Shown here: piece after piece, positions 1 through 15,444 of the stretch | Layout of the letters: each line of letters starts with the position of its first letter | Numbering within the stretch: position 1 is the first letter of the stretch | Source: Eledone cirrhosa | Lineage: Eukaryota | Assembly (NCBI GenBank): GCA_964016885.1 | Contig: OZ024746.1 | Coordinates: 64,046,001-64,110,000, forward strand | Direction: 5' to 3' | Length of the DNA: 64,000 nt | The notes under the pieces: model-generated | Told to the model about the DNA's origin: nothing | What the model saw: only the letters and a program-made list of their open reading frames with translations | Database searches by the model: none | Translations under genes and position numbers: made by a program

Positions 1-26
1 TGTGTGTAGTAGTAGTAGTAAAAGTA

Positions 27-659
27 AATCAACCAAAACTAAAAGCTCTTCCATACATCTCCACACACAACCCCCTCAACAATGAGGCCTTTGACACCAT
101 CCTCCAGAACATCCCTGTATTGAAAAAGGACCATAGAATGAACCAAATTCTACGAACACACGATATCATAAAGAGCAAAAGACAATCCAAGTCAATGAAA
201 AACATCTTAACACATGCCAAAGTACTGCCAACCACAACAACGAAACCCACAGTAAAAAAATGCGATAGACCCAACTGTGGCATTTGCATCAACCTAATAG
301 AGGGTTCGGAATTCTATTTCAAAGATGGACAACGTTTTATAGTAAAACACAATTTCACATGTGCATCGGAAAATCTAATATATGTATTAACTTGTTCAGG
401 TTGTCGAGAACAATACATAGGCCAGACCAAAAACAGCCTCCGCCAACGCATGACTGTCCATAGATCCCAAATTAAAATACGGGAATACAGGAAAATACCA
501 CTGAGTGAACACATTGATACCTGTGCCGCCCAAAATCATCCCAACTTCAGAATCTTTCCCCTCTACAAATTTAAAGATAATGCCACCCACACCCAGTGCA
601 TCAGCAAGGAATCTTACTCCATTAACAAATACGGACCCCGTCTAAACACTTATCCCTAA
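27..659 (+). mobile_element. 5'-truncated Penelope-like element (Neptune-like), linker Zn motif plus GIY-YIG endonuclease
   Basis: ORF 120-659: CDRPNCGIC linker, FTCASENLIYVLTCSGCREQYIGQT..LRQRMTVHR, ending PRLN; typical PLE GIY-YIG C-terminus. Confidence 0.85.
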
Positions 660-1155
660 AACGAACCCACAACATACACACGTCAACATACATACCTACA
701 TCAGCACACATCTCTACCCACATATAAACACAATGACACACGTAAACACACATGCTCTATGGTGCAATACAAAAAAATATATATATATATATATGTGCAT
801 ATATATGTATGTATATATGTATATATATATATATATGTAGTGAGAGTGTGTGTGTGTGTGTGTATATATATAGTGAATATCATTTCACACCTTTTATTGT
901 TAAGATTTTTGATGTTCTATTAAGAGAACCGATTTTACTGAAAAAATCGAATAATGTACACCATTTTACCAGGGGGAAAAAATACTGGTCCACCCACACA
1001 CACACACATATATACACAAACACATACACACGCGTACATCAACATACAAAGATACTTATACACACACACACACACACACACACACGCGCACTTCTCCGTA
1101 TAAGACAAAAGCTGAAAAATATCTTTTGACCTTCGAATGACTCTGCTGTATATAT

Positions 1156-1156
<1 letters not shown>

Positions 1157-1205
<49 letters not shown>

Positions 1206-1274
1206 ATCTTAATAGCCATTTGACACACATCGCTGCTGGCCATTGTCGCAGCATCGAACACCTTACTACTACTA

Positions 1275-1357
<83 letters not shown>
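1157..1357. repeat. (CA)n microsatellites
   Basis: Two pure CA tracts at about 1157-1203 and 1277-1357. Confidence 0.95.
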
Positions 1358-1360
<3 letters not shown>

Positions 1361-1385
1361 TTGTTGTGAAAGAGTCATTTCTCAA

Positions 1386-1621
1386 TCTTGGCGCAAAACC
1401 AATTTTTTATCCACATGACCTCTACCGACCAATCAAAATTGTTTTGACCAATAATTTTTGCTGGAGCCACTTTTTTAACATTTTAACATAAAAACAGTCT
1501 TGGCGCTAAATCAACTTTTTACATTCACATGACCTCTACCGACCAATCAAAATTGTTTTGACCACAAGCATTTTTGCAACACAAAAATAACGCTGGAGCC
1601 ACTTTTTTAACATAAAAACAG
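1386..1621 (+). repeat. Imperfect tandem duplication (about 112-124 bp unit) in the PLE 3' region
   Basis: TCTTGGCGC...CACATGACCTCTACCGACCAATCAAAATTGTTTTGACCA...GCTGGAGCCACTTTTTTAACAT...AAAAACAG occurs twice. Confidence 0.85.
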
Positions 1622-1682
1622 GTAGAATTCCCAAAACTAATCAGATCAGAGCAAACAGCACGGACACTCTATCTCAAAATTA

Positions 1683-1720
1683 TTTTCGAAAAGCATTTAG
1701 AAATGCGAAACCGGTAAAAA
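1683..1720 (+). ncRNA. Degenerate minimal hammerhead-like motif of the PLE 3' end
   Basis: TT-TCGAAAA-GCATTT/AAATGC-GAAA-CCGG-TA-AAAA; core deviates from CTGANGA. Confidence 0.4.
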
Positions 1721-1876
1721 CTTAAAAACTTAAAACCACAACTGAATACTAACCCATACAATCACTAATACTCTTTTATTCCTAATTAAACCATTTTTCA
1801 ACTGTGAACAATTTGTCAGCATTTTCTATTCTGTTTACCAATATATAATAACTTGTGTGTTACACCTCTATTCTTT

Positions 1877-1922
<46 letters not shown>

Positions 1923-1928
<6 letters not shown>

Positions 1929-2601
1929 TGTATCCGAACAGCGATGTTGCATGGTAGTGAGACCTGGGCGCTGACGGTGGAAGACTTACGTAGATTAGAG
2001 AGAAACGAAGCCTGCATACTCTGATGGATGTGTAATAGCAATATACGGGAACGACAAAGCATAAATGAATTGAGAGAGAGACTGAGCATAAGAGGAATCA
2101 AATGCTGTGTGCAGGAGAGGTGGTTGCGTTGGTATGGACATGTGATGCGTATGAAGGATGACAGCTGCATAAAAAGGTGCAGAGCACTAGAAGTCGATGG
2201 AAACCACGGAGTGGGGAGACCCAAGATGACCTGGGATGAGGTGATAAAAGCCGACCTTACCCAATTACACCTCTCAAAGGCGATGACACACGACCGTGAC
2301 CTCTGGCGTCACACAGTAATACAGAGTACCCGACCTCCCATGTGTACAAGCTGAAGCATATAGACAATATGCCCCCACACCCCCCACTGCAAGGTGGTCG
2401 TGGAGGTGTCACGGCAAAAAAAGCACCCAGCCCACACTGTAAAGTGGACGTGTAGGCGCCACGAAAAAGTACCCAACACTCACTGTAAATGAGGTTGGTG
2501 TTAGGAAGGGCATCCAGCTGTAGAAATCAAGCCAGAATCAGTTCCCATCCCACCCTTGCAAGCAGGGAAAAAGTGGACGTTAAATGAAATGATGAATGAT
2601 G

Positions 2602-2602
<1 letters not shown>
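1923..2602 (+). mobile_element. RTE-clade LINE 3' fragment with (GAT)n tail
   Basis: Encodes MLHGSETW...RWLRWYGHVMRM...GRPKMTWDEVI; shared 3'UTR; flanked by (TA)n on both sides. Confidence 0.9.
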
Positions 2603-2659
<57 letters not shown>

Positions 2660-3468
2660 GTATGTATATATATGTATATATATATATGTATGTATATATA
2701 TGTATATATATATATATATGTATGTATATGTATATATATATATGTATATATATATATGTATATATATATATGTATGTATATTTATGTATGTATATATATG
2801 TATGCATATATATGTATATATATATATATGTATATATATATGTATATATGTATATATATATATATGTATATGTATATATATATGTATATATATATATATG
2901 TATATATATATATGTATATATGTATATATATATATATCCTGATTAGTTCTATCGTTACTTTGGTATATATTGTGTGTTAGATTCGCCTACCACAATGTTT
3001 GATTTGTCAAGCTATTTAAACGTATGTTATTACTCTGAGGTCCTATCTTATCGAGTGCTTTGCTAACTCATCATTTCATATAAGTAGGCCGAATTTACTT
3101 GCAAACCGCCAGAGATTCGATTTTACTGATTTCCAATTATATATGTATATATATATATGTATATAATTATATGTATATATATGTATATACATATATATGT
3201 ATATATGTATATGTATATATATGTATATACATATATATGTATATATGTATATGTATATGTATATAATTATATGTATATATATGTATATAATTATATGTAT
3301 ATATATATATGTATATATATATATGTATATATATATATATGTATATATATATATGTATATATATATATGTGTATATATATATATGTATATATATATGTAT
3401 ATATTTATGTATATATATATATATGTATATATATATATGATGTATATATATATATATGTATATATATA

Positions 3469-3508
<40 letters not shown>

Positions 3509-3640
3509 TATATATATATGTATATATATATATGATGTATATATATATATATGTATATATATATATGATGTATATATATATATATGTATATATATATATG
3601 ATGTATATATATATATATGTATATATATATAATATATATA

Positions 3641-3717
<77 letters not shown>
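2603..3717. repeat. Long (TA)n/(TATG)n compound microsatellites
   Basis: Tracts at about 2603-2937 and 3138-3717. Confidence 0.95.
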
Positions 3718-6020
<2,303 letters not shown>

Positions 6021-6511
6021 TATATATACATGTATGTATGTATATATATATATATATATATAAAGTATGAGAGAATGAAGTTTTATTTTAAAATATTGTT
6101 TTATCATTATTGAATGCAATTTTTTTTTTGTAGACGATCAGCTCTGGGTCTTAATCGGTATGATAGATCTGACTCAAGTATTGATCTGTTCATGAGATAT
6201 GTAGATTAGAATCAAAATGTAAACATTCTGCTGACTACAAACATATAATACACTGATACTGTACAAAGAACACACTTTTTATTAGAATTACTCTGTTTAA
6301 GTAGTAGAATTGAGTGTTCATATTGGTGCCATATACATATGGCATATATTGATGCCATAAACATTACTAAATAACTAACATGTATATATCATGACTCATA
6401 CACTGTTCACTTTCTTGACATTTGTGCATTATTCTATCTACTATACATGCACCTTTGATGGGTTGTAGTGCACCTGAGCACCGTACACAATAATTTGATT
6501 ATTAGTATGAG

Positions 6512-6715
6512 TGTGGATTGGCAGTATCGGTAGAGGGTCAGATACCAGGTTTTGCCGCAAAGAGTTACAGCCCTTTATGGTCTGAGTTCAAATCCCGCCG
6601 AGGTTAACTTTGCCTTTCATCCTTACGGGGTCGATAAAATAAAGTACCAGTAATACACTGGGATAATTGTTGGCCTTGTGCCAAAAGTAGAAACAATTAT
6701 TATTATTATATAATT
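6512..6715 (+). mobile_element. Second SINE family (Meta-domain-like centre), (ATT)n tail
   Basis: GTTCAAATCC B box, CTTTCATCCTTACGGGGTCGATAAAATAAAGTACCAG; near-identical to 18480 and 38862 copies. Confidence 0.85.
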
Positions 6716-7378
6716 ATGGGTGGATTCCCGATGGGTACCAGGAGGTGACCACAATTTATATACACAGTGGGCCATAAGTCACACACCAAAGCATTCAAAA
6801 CATTTAGTATACATGTACATTGTATTGTATTAATAACAAAAAATATATTGAAACAACAAAGGTATCATTTTCATCCTCCTATGATCTGTGATTTTAAAGT
6901 ACTGATTGAATCTAATGATTGACATTGACATAGGCTGAGGAGTTAGTATTTTACTTCCATACAGTCATGTTGGGTACAGAGGAGAAGAAGTTGTGTCTTT
7001 TCCCACAAACTGAAGGGTGCTCCTAACCTCTTGTTTGGCAAGCTTTCTATGGCTGCATGCTTTCCTTAACACCAACCACTTTATAGCGTGTACTGGGTAT
7101 GTTTATCATGTAGATAACCAACAGAAGTAAAATGAATTATTTTAATCTTTTAAAACAGACATTTTCATATCAAAAGAAGTTTAACCTAAATTTTTTAAAT
7201 CACCTACATACATGAAATCTTAACATTATTTTTAGTTTAAGGAAAAACTCTAAAAAAGAAATATAAATGGAAACATCAAATTTTTAGACATACGATAGAT
7301 TTCATTACTATTTGTGAATAGTAATGAAATAGTTGAAAAATAGTTACAAAAAATAAAAAAAAAGCAAAATTTTCTTCA

Positions 7379-8386
7379 TCTGTATATTTAAAACAGAGAA
7401 TGTCTGTCTGTCTGTCTGACTCCATAAAACTCGAGAACCACCCACCCAATCTTACACATGTAATACTTATGGTCATGTGAGTGTTTTGAGCAAACAAATT
7501 TCAAATTTCAATGCCCTAGGGACCGCACTAGGCAGCTATAACGTCACACCCTTATAATATCTATCTGTATGTCTGGCTGTCTGCATTACGACATTATGAC
7601 AAACATTGTTCTCATTGATGACGTATTATCTTCAATTTTTTTCGTTCATTGCGAAGGAACGTCTTCATGAATCAAAGTATCGTCGTTCTGTTTTCATTCG
7701 GTTGCAACGTTTTTCGAAATATTTACTTCTGCATTCACAGATTGATTTTTTTAGTTTCAGGAGATCTCGTAAAGGGAGAAAGCAGTGATTCTTTGCTTAA
7801 ACTTTAATCTAACATTGTGTACAAGGAGGTGTTACAATCATTTTTTAGGTAGATGAGGCAGAAGGGGATATACACGATTGGCTGAAGAAGGACAAGACTA
7901 TGTTAGTAGTACGCCCAATGACTGTTATCACACCAACAGCAGCAAAAACAACAACAAAAAAGAGAGGGAACGCAATTACATGCTTTTGAAAAATCGTAAT
8001 GGAAAATTATTTGCATCAATTGGTGAACATACGACGGAACATTGAAAGGAGTAAGACCACACCACTCTCCACGGCCACATGTTTACTGCTCTGTAACTAT
8101 TGCTTTCATTGTACATTAGCACAACAAATACATGTTCAGTTTGTCGAATGCCCTTTTACTTAACCCTATCGTCTTGGCTTTCATGGGATGAACATTTTAC
8201 TCTCAGGCACCCAATTAAGTTAAACCCCTGGTAATCTACAACAAATTTTTTTTATAAGCACAAAATGTAGACAACATCCCTAGGCCGAGGTATTCCGTAC
8301 TTCTCTGTACTGTTTCAGAAAGGAGGGATAAATAAACATGCCATTCTATGTTTAGAATCCCAAGCAACGCCGGGCCATTCTGCTAG
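7379..8386 (+). mobile_element. Non-autonomous Helitron-type element
   Basis: A|TC start, (CTGT)n near the 5' end, ends CCCAAGCAACGCCGGGCCATTCTGCTAG|T, no TSD; same termini as 14685-15444. Confidence 0.8.
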
Positions 8387-8496
8387 TTAGATATTAAAAT
8401 GCAATAGATAAGATGAAAGATTTTTAAAAGTTTGTTAATCGTATATATATATATATGTATGTATATATATATGTATGTATATATATATATGTAATG

Positions 8497-8868
8497 GAGG
8501 CACATGGCTTAGTGGTTAGAGCATTGGGCTTGCAATCGAAAGGTTGTGAGTTCAATTCTCAGACCAGGTGATGTGTTGTTTCCTTGAGCAAAACACTTTA
8601 TTTCACATTGCTCCAGTTTACTCAGCTGTAGAAATGAGATGATAGGGACTGGGGTCCCTATCATTCCACTGCAAAGTGGTCGTGGAGGTGCCACGGCAAA
8701 AAAGCACCCAGCCCACACTGTAAAGTGGATGTGTAGGCACCACGGAAAAAAAGCATCCAGCACTCACTGTAAATGAGGTTGGTGTTAGGAAGGGCATCCA
8801 GCTGTAGAAATCAAGCCAGAATCAGTTCCCGTCCCGCCCTTGCAAGCAGAGAAAAGCAGACGTAAAAT
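8497..8868 (+). mobile_element. tRNA-derived CORE-like SINE with RTE tail
   Basis: Same head, core and tail as 5605 and 60090 copies. Confidence 0.88.
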
Positions 8869-8871
8869 AAA

Positions 8872-10450
8872 CTCGCAGTCAACAGCTCAACTCCCCCAAA
8901 CGTCTCGAAAGCCACAGGCTGGAAAATGTAGCAGGCCGACAGATCAGAGTATTTGAGGGTCTTACTCCGCTCGGCTGCGGAAGCTCTGTCTCTCATCCTA
9001 ACTGCAGCATCCAGGATGTGGGAAACAGCAAAAGAGTCACTGACAGTGATGTCCTAGACAAGGCACCTGTCTCTCGACCAGGGGAACAAGGTAAGGCCGT
9101 CAGGTCTTTTGCCGTCACTTCTGGACAACCCAGATGGTTCCATGATTGAGGGGATATTCGCCTGGGCCAAAGATCTCTTGAGAATGAGGTTTAGCTCCGT
9201 GTGACATGCGAAGCAACTGGCATTCAGGTGGCAAGAAAGACCGTGGAGGCCTGTGGAATCGAGGAGTTTGCTGCATCGACACCTCAAACCCATGTAGATG
9301 TCAGCTCCAACTCTGAGGGCGATGGAGACACAAAGTTCATCCAGGCTGAGTAGGCCACCAACGTTGGCCATGGGTAGAGCATCAACCCAGTCGCCTGAGT
9401 ATTTGGTGCTGGCAGATAGTAAGCGGCACCTTGCAAACTGATCTGACTGGACGAAGAGGGAATCGAAGGTGGCCTTCGAACTTATGCTGTCCCAAGCTCT
9501 CTGACTTTGACTGTCCTCCACCTTCTCAGGAAGAGACAAGCCCAACTAACTCCATTGCTGGAGAGCTTCACTCAACTCCCTGTTGGAACTAGTTCATGTT
9601 GGAGAGGAGAGGATGCTGCCCACCAGGGTGGAGCAAGCATGGGTGGAGGAAAGGAAACAGGCCAAAACTTAAAAAGACCAAAACTCCCAAATCCCTTGCA
9701 GCCTGATCGTGGGAGTCTGGAAAGAGTCTAACATCAACCAGGCACTCGAGTCTCTCGAAGATTAGGTCAGAAATCTGTGAAACCCTGAGCAGATACAGAA
9801 GCTTAGGAATAGACAGGTAGTTCCTGAGAATGAAGAAACCTTGATGGGGTTCGAGACGGGGTTCATTGATGACTCGCTTGAGGTCTACCAGTTGTCTGTT
9901 GGTGGACACCGAGCTCGATGTCGAACTGAGATCAAACGTGGTTGGGGTGGACTCAAACAGCTGGAACTGTCATTTGAGAGAGGACGTGAGGGAACCCGAA
10001 TTCGCATTGTGCACTTGAAGAGAGATGAGGGGAAACAAAAACAATTTCTGCTAGTCAGACCTATTGTTGGACGAGCAAACATTTTTCAATAAATTAGAGA
10101 GGGTGCGTGCAAAGCTATTCCGAGCTCCCTTAGGGATCCGGTTAACAACCTTTGATTTGGAGAAGCCCTGGAGGGCTGTGGCAAAGTCCTCGGTAGAGAG
10201 TTGGTCATCGAAGCGTGGGGCATCCCCACGGAATACGTCGGAGCTGAAGTGGCACCGATTACAGGTCCAGTGTTGAAGCTGTGTCGGCTTGAGCTTTGGT
10301 GATGCTGACACAGCTTCTGTGGTAGCTTGCGTGGCATAGGTGACATTTAATTGTCTTTAAGTACCGACTAGTGTGGGCACAGAGAGCGCAATCAGGTGGT
10401 GGCCTGGCAGCAGCCAGCGTAGAATTCGGTGGAGGCAGTGAGTCTGTAAA
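8872..10450 (-). mobile_element. CRE-like RLE non-LTR element, internally deleted (RT missing), N-terminal PHD finger
   Basis: CALC..KCHLCHASYHRSC../WTCNRC; NRIPKGAR; LRNYLSIPKLLYLLR; EPSGLSRSDGKRPDGLTLFPW; FQPVAFETFG. Confidence 0.8.
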
Positions 10451-10565
10451 GGATATATATATGCATAATTGTGTTCACTCTGTAATTCAATAAGCAGCCT
10501 ATCAACTGCATACTTGTTATTTCATTGAGTGGGTGAGCTATGGCCAGTGGTCACTAAAATAAATT

Positions 10566-10644
10566 CACTAAGTTCCATAATCTATATATTATTTATATAA
10601 TCGTTGGATGGGAATAAATAATATATAGATTATGGAACTTAGTG
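10566..10644. repeat. Perfect 31-bp inverted repeat with 17-nt spacer
   Basis: CACTAAGTTCCATAATCTATATATTATTTAT (10566-10596) and its reverse complement (10614-10644). Confidence 0.9.
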
Positions 10645-10978
10645 TATAAGGTTAGAATATTTTTTACACTTTTTTATATATTTATATATTGGATGTTGAT
10701 TGTTCAATTTTATGCTGCATAGCAGCCCTTGCATATGTCTAACCCATGCTAGCGTGGAAGAACAGACGTAAAACGGTGATGATGATGATATATAGGAATG
10801 AATATGTTTGAAAATGAATGGTGGTGTTCTTTGTTGGTGTGAATTCGAGTTGTTTCAATTCTACAAACCAATCAGTGTGTTTTTTCCACGACTATCTTTC
10901 TCAATTTTGGATTTACACGATAGCATCATACTGAACTGCTATAATTGAGAAGCTAGTGAACTTGCTAATCGTCTATAC

Positions 10979-11264
10979 CAGGGGTGGGCAACATATTCCA
11001 TTGGCGGGCCACTTTTGAACATTGGAACAACTATTAGGATTCACCACAACTTCTTTCCATAACATGGAACTGGGAAATTATAACACACATAACCCTATCA
11101 GTGAAACCCTTTAGTATAAGTCAAGTAACATAAAATTGTATTATGGTTACGAAAAAAATTCTAAATAAGCCTATAAGGTAAAAATTAAAAATGTTCATCG
11201 CTGGCCACTCTGACTGGTCTGGCGGGCTGGATTGTGACCCGTGGGCCGCCTTTGCACACCCCTG
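10979..11264. mobile_element. hAT (Charlie-like) MITE
   Basis: TIRs CAGGGGTGGGCAA / TTGCACACCCCTG; 8-bp TSD GTCTATAC / GTCTATAA. Confidence 0.85.
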
Positions 11265-11586
11265 GTCTATAACCAATAGATAGATATGTTATTGTTGGGC
11301 ATCCTGCTGATGAGTTATAGTTAGCCTGGATTACATAACACTTACAGATATTACATAATCCTCTGCATATAACGCTTCTAATAACTGTTATAAGCGGATG
11401 ATTGCGATAAAATGGAATTCCGTCCAGGAGATAGATCAGTGTAACCAATAGCTGATAAAACTCACTAACTAACTAATTGTGTTCACTCTGTAATGCAACA
11501 TGCAGCCTATCAACTACACACTTGTCATTTCATTGAGTATGTGAGCTAAGGCTGGATGTCACTAAAATAAATTTGGTGACTTCCGT

Positions 11587-11641
<55 letters not shown>

Positions 11642-11716
11642 ATATATATATATACACACACTCACACTTATAGAATAACTTATGCAAAGTTACTGAATGA
11701 AGAAAGCTTCACTCAC

Positions 11717-11819
11717 ATATTTTGCCTGGCTGCAGTTTTGATGAGAATCAAGAAACAATATTGAGCATCTCAATAAATTAAGAGAATATTGGAAGAAGAA
11801 TTCTGTTCTCAGAGGGTTT
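11717..11819 (-). CDS. Candidate internal exon of an unknown host gene
   Basis: tttatactttcaaag| open frame NPLRTEFFFQYSLNLLRCSILFLDSHQNCSQAKY |gtgagt; no homology recognised. Confidence 0.3.
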
Positions 11820-13151
11820 CTTTGAAAGTATAAAGAAATATTTAAAAAATGAATAATATTCTCTTGTTATTAAACAGAGTTTATCCTTACTGGTCTAGCA
11901 TGGTGTATAATTACATGCATAGATCAATCAACTTAGTAAACATGTGTATATCATGGAAAATATGACTGGTTCAACAGTTAAGAAGTAGTGAATATACAGA
12001 ATGTTATTTGTCACTAATATACAGCCCATCTCAATGAAAATATAGCCAAAATATATCTAAATCACTGAAGCATATACATATAGAATAACTTATGCAAAGT
12101 TATGGAACAGTTAGATTACTAGTAAAGTCAAATTTTCCATATGAGCAAGCCACGATCACCTGACCTGACTTGTCTCATAACATTACAACTTGTCTAACCC
12201 TTGCAAACATAGAAAATACAAGTTAAACGGTGATGATTATGATGATGATATCAACAGGAACAAACAAGACAATACAGGAATGGGCGAAAGAAAAACCGGG
12301 GAACATCACAAACACAACATTGAAAACTTTTGATCTTTAGTCAACTCCTCTACACTCAGATTTTTGGTAGTAAACCATTGAGGAAACATAGTTTAGATTC
12401 CTACCATAACAATACTTCTAAATTAGGAAGGTGTTGTTTGGAAGAGATAAACAACACGAGGGACTGAATACTATGTGTGTGGATGATGCACAGTTAGATG
12501 AGCTTAGCTGACCAACTGAAGATGGTTGCTTCTGACAGAGCCCACTGAAAGGAGTACTTGATGACTCTTCCCCCATGAGTCCCTTCCCCCCAGGAATAAG
12601 TGTGTGAAGAACTAGTACATAGAAATTGTAAATAAATACCTGGGACAATTTCACGTACACACACACACACACATATATATATATACATACACACACACAA
12701 ACACACATATTTAGTAATTACTTAACATATCTTATACTCTCCAGACTACTTAACATGTTTAAATAGGATTACTTCTCATAATACACTTTTTATTTTCCAC
12801 ACTAATGGACATTTTTACTCATTTATTATTCCTCCTGATGAACTTGACGAAAATTAATTAATTAATCAAAATTATCGATTATATTTTTTCATTAATGAAA
12901 TGTATGTAGAATAAAAATATGTTTTGATTACCACAAATTCTTTGGTTTTTCTTCTAATACATATTTATGTTCTGTGATGTTGCTTATTTTTAAATCATTC
13001 CTACATTATTTCATAGATTTTACCCTGGATTTATTTGATCTACATAATTAATAATCGTAATAATATACATTGACTTTTCAATCATCATGTAGAGTGAAAA
13101 CTAATTGGATATCTCCATTTATAAATCTTTGTGTATATATATAATAATAAT

Positions 13152-13460
13152 AATCATCATCATCATCATTTAATGTCTATCTTCTATGGTAGCATGGGTT
13201 AGACAGGAATTGTCCCACTTGAGGCAAGATTGGTCAGGTGACCATGTCTCGCTCGTATAGAACTGTATCTGGCAGGTTTTTTATGGCTGGATGCCCTTCC
13301 TAACACCAATCAGATTTACAGTGTGGACTGGGAGCCATTTTACTGTGTCTCCTACACGACCACTTTACAGCGTTGACTGGGTGCATTTTGTCATGACACC
13401 TACACGACCACTTTAGTGTGGACTGGATGTTCTGTGGTACCAACATGACTTTACAGAGAA
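13152..13460 (-). mobile_element. RTE 3'UTR stub
   Basis: (CAT)n, GGATGCCCTTCCTAACACC, repeated ACTTTACAGTGTGGACTGGG units. Confidence 0.8.
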
Positions 13461-13734
13461 AGGGTGGTATTGGTGGAAGTGGGAGGATGGAATAGGGGTA
13501 GTGGGGTCGGGTGTATATTTGGTCAGAGACAGTGAGAGAGAGAGAGAGATGTATGTGTGAAAAATAATGCTTATATAGTTAAAGTGTCAAAACACTGACT
13601 TCAAGGTGATAATTTCAACCCTTATTACAATCACTGTTGTATTGTGGCTGTGATAAAGGGCTACACTGCTATTTTATAGTCAAGTAAGTAGAGGTAGGGA
13701 TTATATAAGCTTCTGGCTAAAAATGACAAAAACC

Positions 13735-13990
13735 AAGGAAATTTTATTAGACACCATCAAAGAAAGAAAACATACTTTGGACATTTAATTAGAAAAATGT
13801 TTGGCAGAGGCTATTAATAGAAAGCAAAACGAATGGAAAGAGAAGAAGAGAAAAACAATAATTATATGGATGGATAATAAGAAATATTGGACTGACTTAA
13901 AATAGAGTGAATGTATAAGGAGAACACATGAACGACAGGGATAGTGATAAATGGTATTCAACACAGTGAGAGCAGACGCTACCTGATGAG
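13735..13990 (+). mobile_element. Highly degenerate RTE/BovB-like LINE 3' fragment
   Basis: Remnant LDTIKERK..YFGHLIR..NGKRRR...WMD with frameshifts. Confidence 0.5.
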
Positions 13991-14010
13991 TAGGTTAAAA
14001 GAAAACATAC

Positions 14011-14103
14011 CTGCATATCAGTTGGTCTCAGTTTGTTGTTATTCACCTGATCGAGATCAGTTTCCAGAGCCCACCCAATTTCTTTACTATAATTGTTACA
14101 TTC
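14011..14103 (-). CDS. Candidate internal exon (phase 0-0)
   Basis: aaccag| ECNNYSKEIGWALETDLDQVNNNKLRPTDMQ |gtatgt; strong donor, weak acceptor. Confidence 0.35.
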
Positions 14104-14269
14104 CTGGTTTCATTAGTCTACACTGAATCAATGATTTCTGACAAAACTGTAAATTGGGTCTTTACGGTGCACCACTACCAACACTCTCCCCACCCAAAAT
14201 ATTTTCAATTCCCTCCTAAATTAGGACTCCCTGTTTTTCTCCAGTTTGCTTGTGTGGTGTTTTAGAAAT

Positions 14270-14650
14270 TGAGGTGACACAGGACTGTGACCTCTGGCAT
14301 CATGCAATAATACAGAAGACCCAACTGCCCACAGGTACAAGCTGAAGCTGAAGCATATAGACAATATGCCCCCACCTCCTCCCACTACAAAGTGGTCGTG
14401 GAGGTGCCACAGAAAAAAAAGCACCCAGTCCACAATGTAAAGTGGTCGTTTAGACACCACGGAAAAAAAAGCACCCAACACTCACTGTAAATGAGGTTGG
14501 TGTTAGGAAGGGCATCCAGCTGTAGAAATCAAGCCAGAATCAGTTCCTGTATGAGCAAGACAAGGTCAGCCGACCGGGCACTGCCCACAACAGGACAACC
14601 TGTCTAACCAATGCTAGCGTGGAAGAATGGACGTAAAACGGTGATGATAA
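14270..14650 (+). mobile_element. RTE LINE 3' stub
   Basis: Matches the last about 380 bp of the 23435-25972 copy. Confidence 0.85.
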
Positions 14651-14684
14651 TCAAGCTAAAATTCAAGATTTTTCTCGAGATTAA

Positions 14685-14963
14685 TCTATATATATAAAAC
14701 AGAGGATGTTTGTCTGTGTGTCTGTTTCCCTAAAACTCGAGAAGTACCCAACCGTTTTTTTTCAAACTTTACACATGTAACCCGTATGGCCCCGGAAGTG
14801 TTTTGAGCCAAAAATATTACAAATTTTCAATGCCCTAGAGATCGCATTAGGCGATTTAGAGATCTATCTCTATAATTCTTAGTCTTTCTTTTTAGATAGA
14901 TACATAGATATAACGTTGCGCCCTTATATTATCAGTGTGTATGTCTTGCTGTCTGCATTACGA

Positions 14964-14994
<31 letters not shown>

Positions 14995-15444
14995 TGATCG
15001 CGTCATAATGACGTAATGCAGACAGCCAGACATACAGACATATATTATAAGGGCGCAACGTTATATCTATGTATCTATATAAAAAGAAAGACTAAGAATT
15101 ATAGAGAGAGATCGCTAAATCGCCTAATGCAGTCCCTAGGGCATTGAAAATTTGAAATATCTTTTGCTCAAAACACTCGCAGGACCATAAGTATTACATG
15201 TGTAAAGTTTGAAAACAATCGGTTGGGTGGTTCTCAAGTTTTAGTGAGCTGACAGACAGACATTCTCTGTTTTAGATATATAGATATATATATAATTATA
15301 TATTCGTGTACAGATATTTTTGCATACACAATAACAAAATATAAATAAACATATTTATTTCACTAGGTCCAATAAGGATAAATATATATCAAATATATAA
15401 GAACCCTAGAGCAAATCCCAAGCAACGCCGGGCCATTCTGCTAG
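14685..15444 (+). mobile_element. Helitron-type element with an internal inverted copy of its 5' end
   Basis: A|TC start and CTAG|T end like 7379-8386; arms about 14685-14962 and 15012-15284 are reverse complements. Confidence 0.8.

Noticed and set aside
8497-8570. tRNA gene (TGC-like anticodon loop)
   Set aside because: Poor acceptor stem and continuous with SINE core and tail in multiple copies; it is a SINE head
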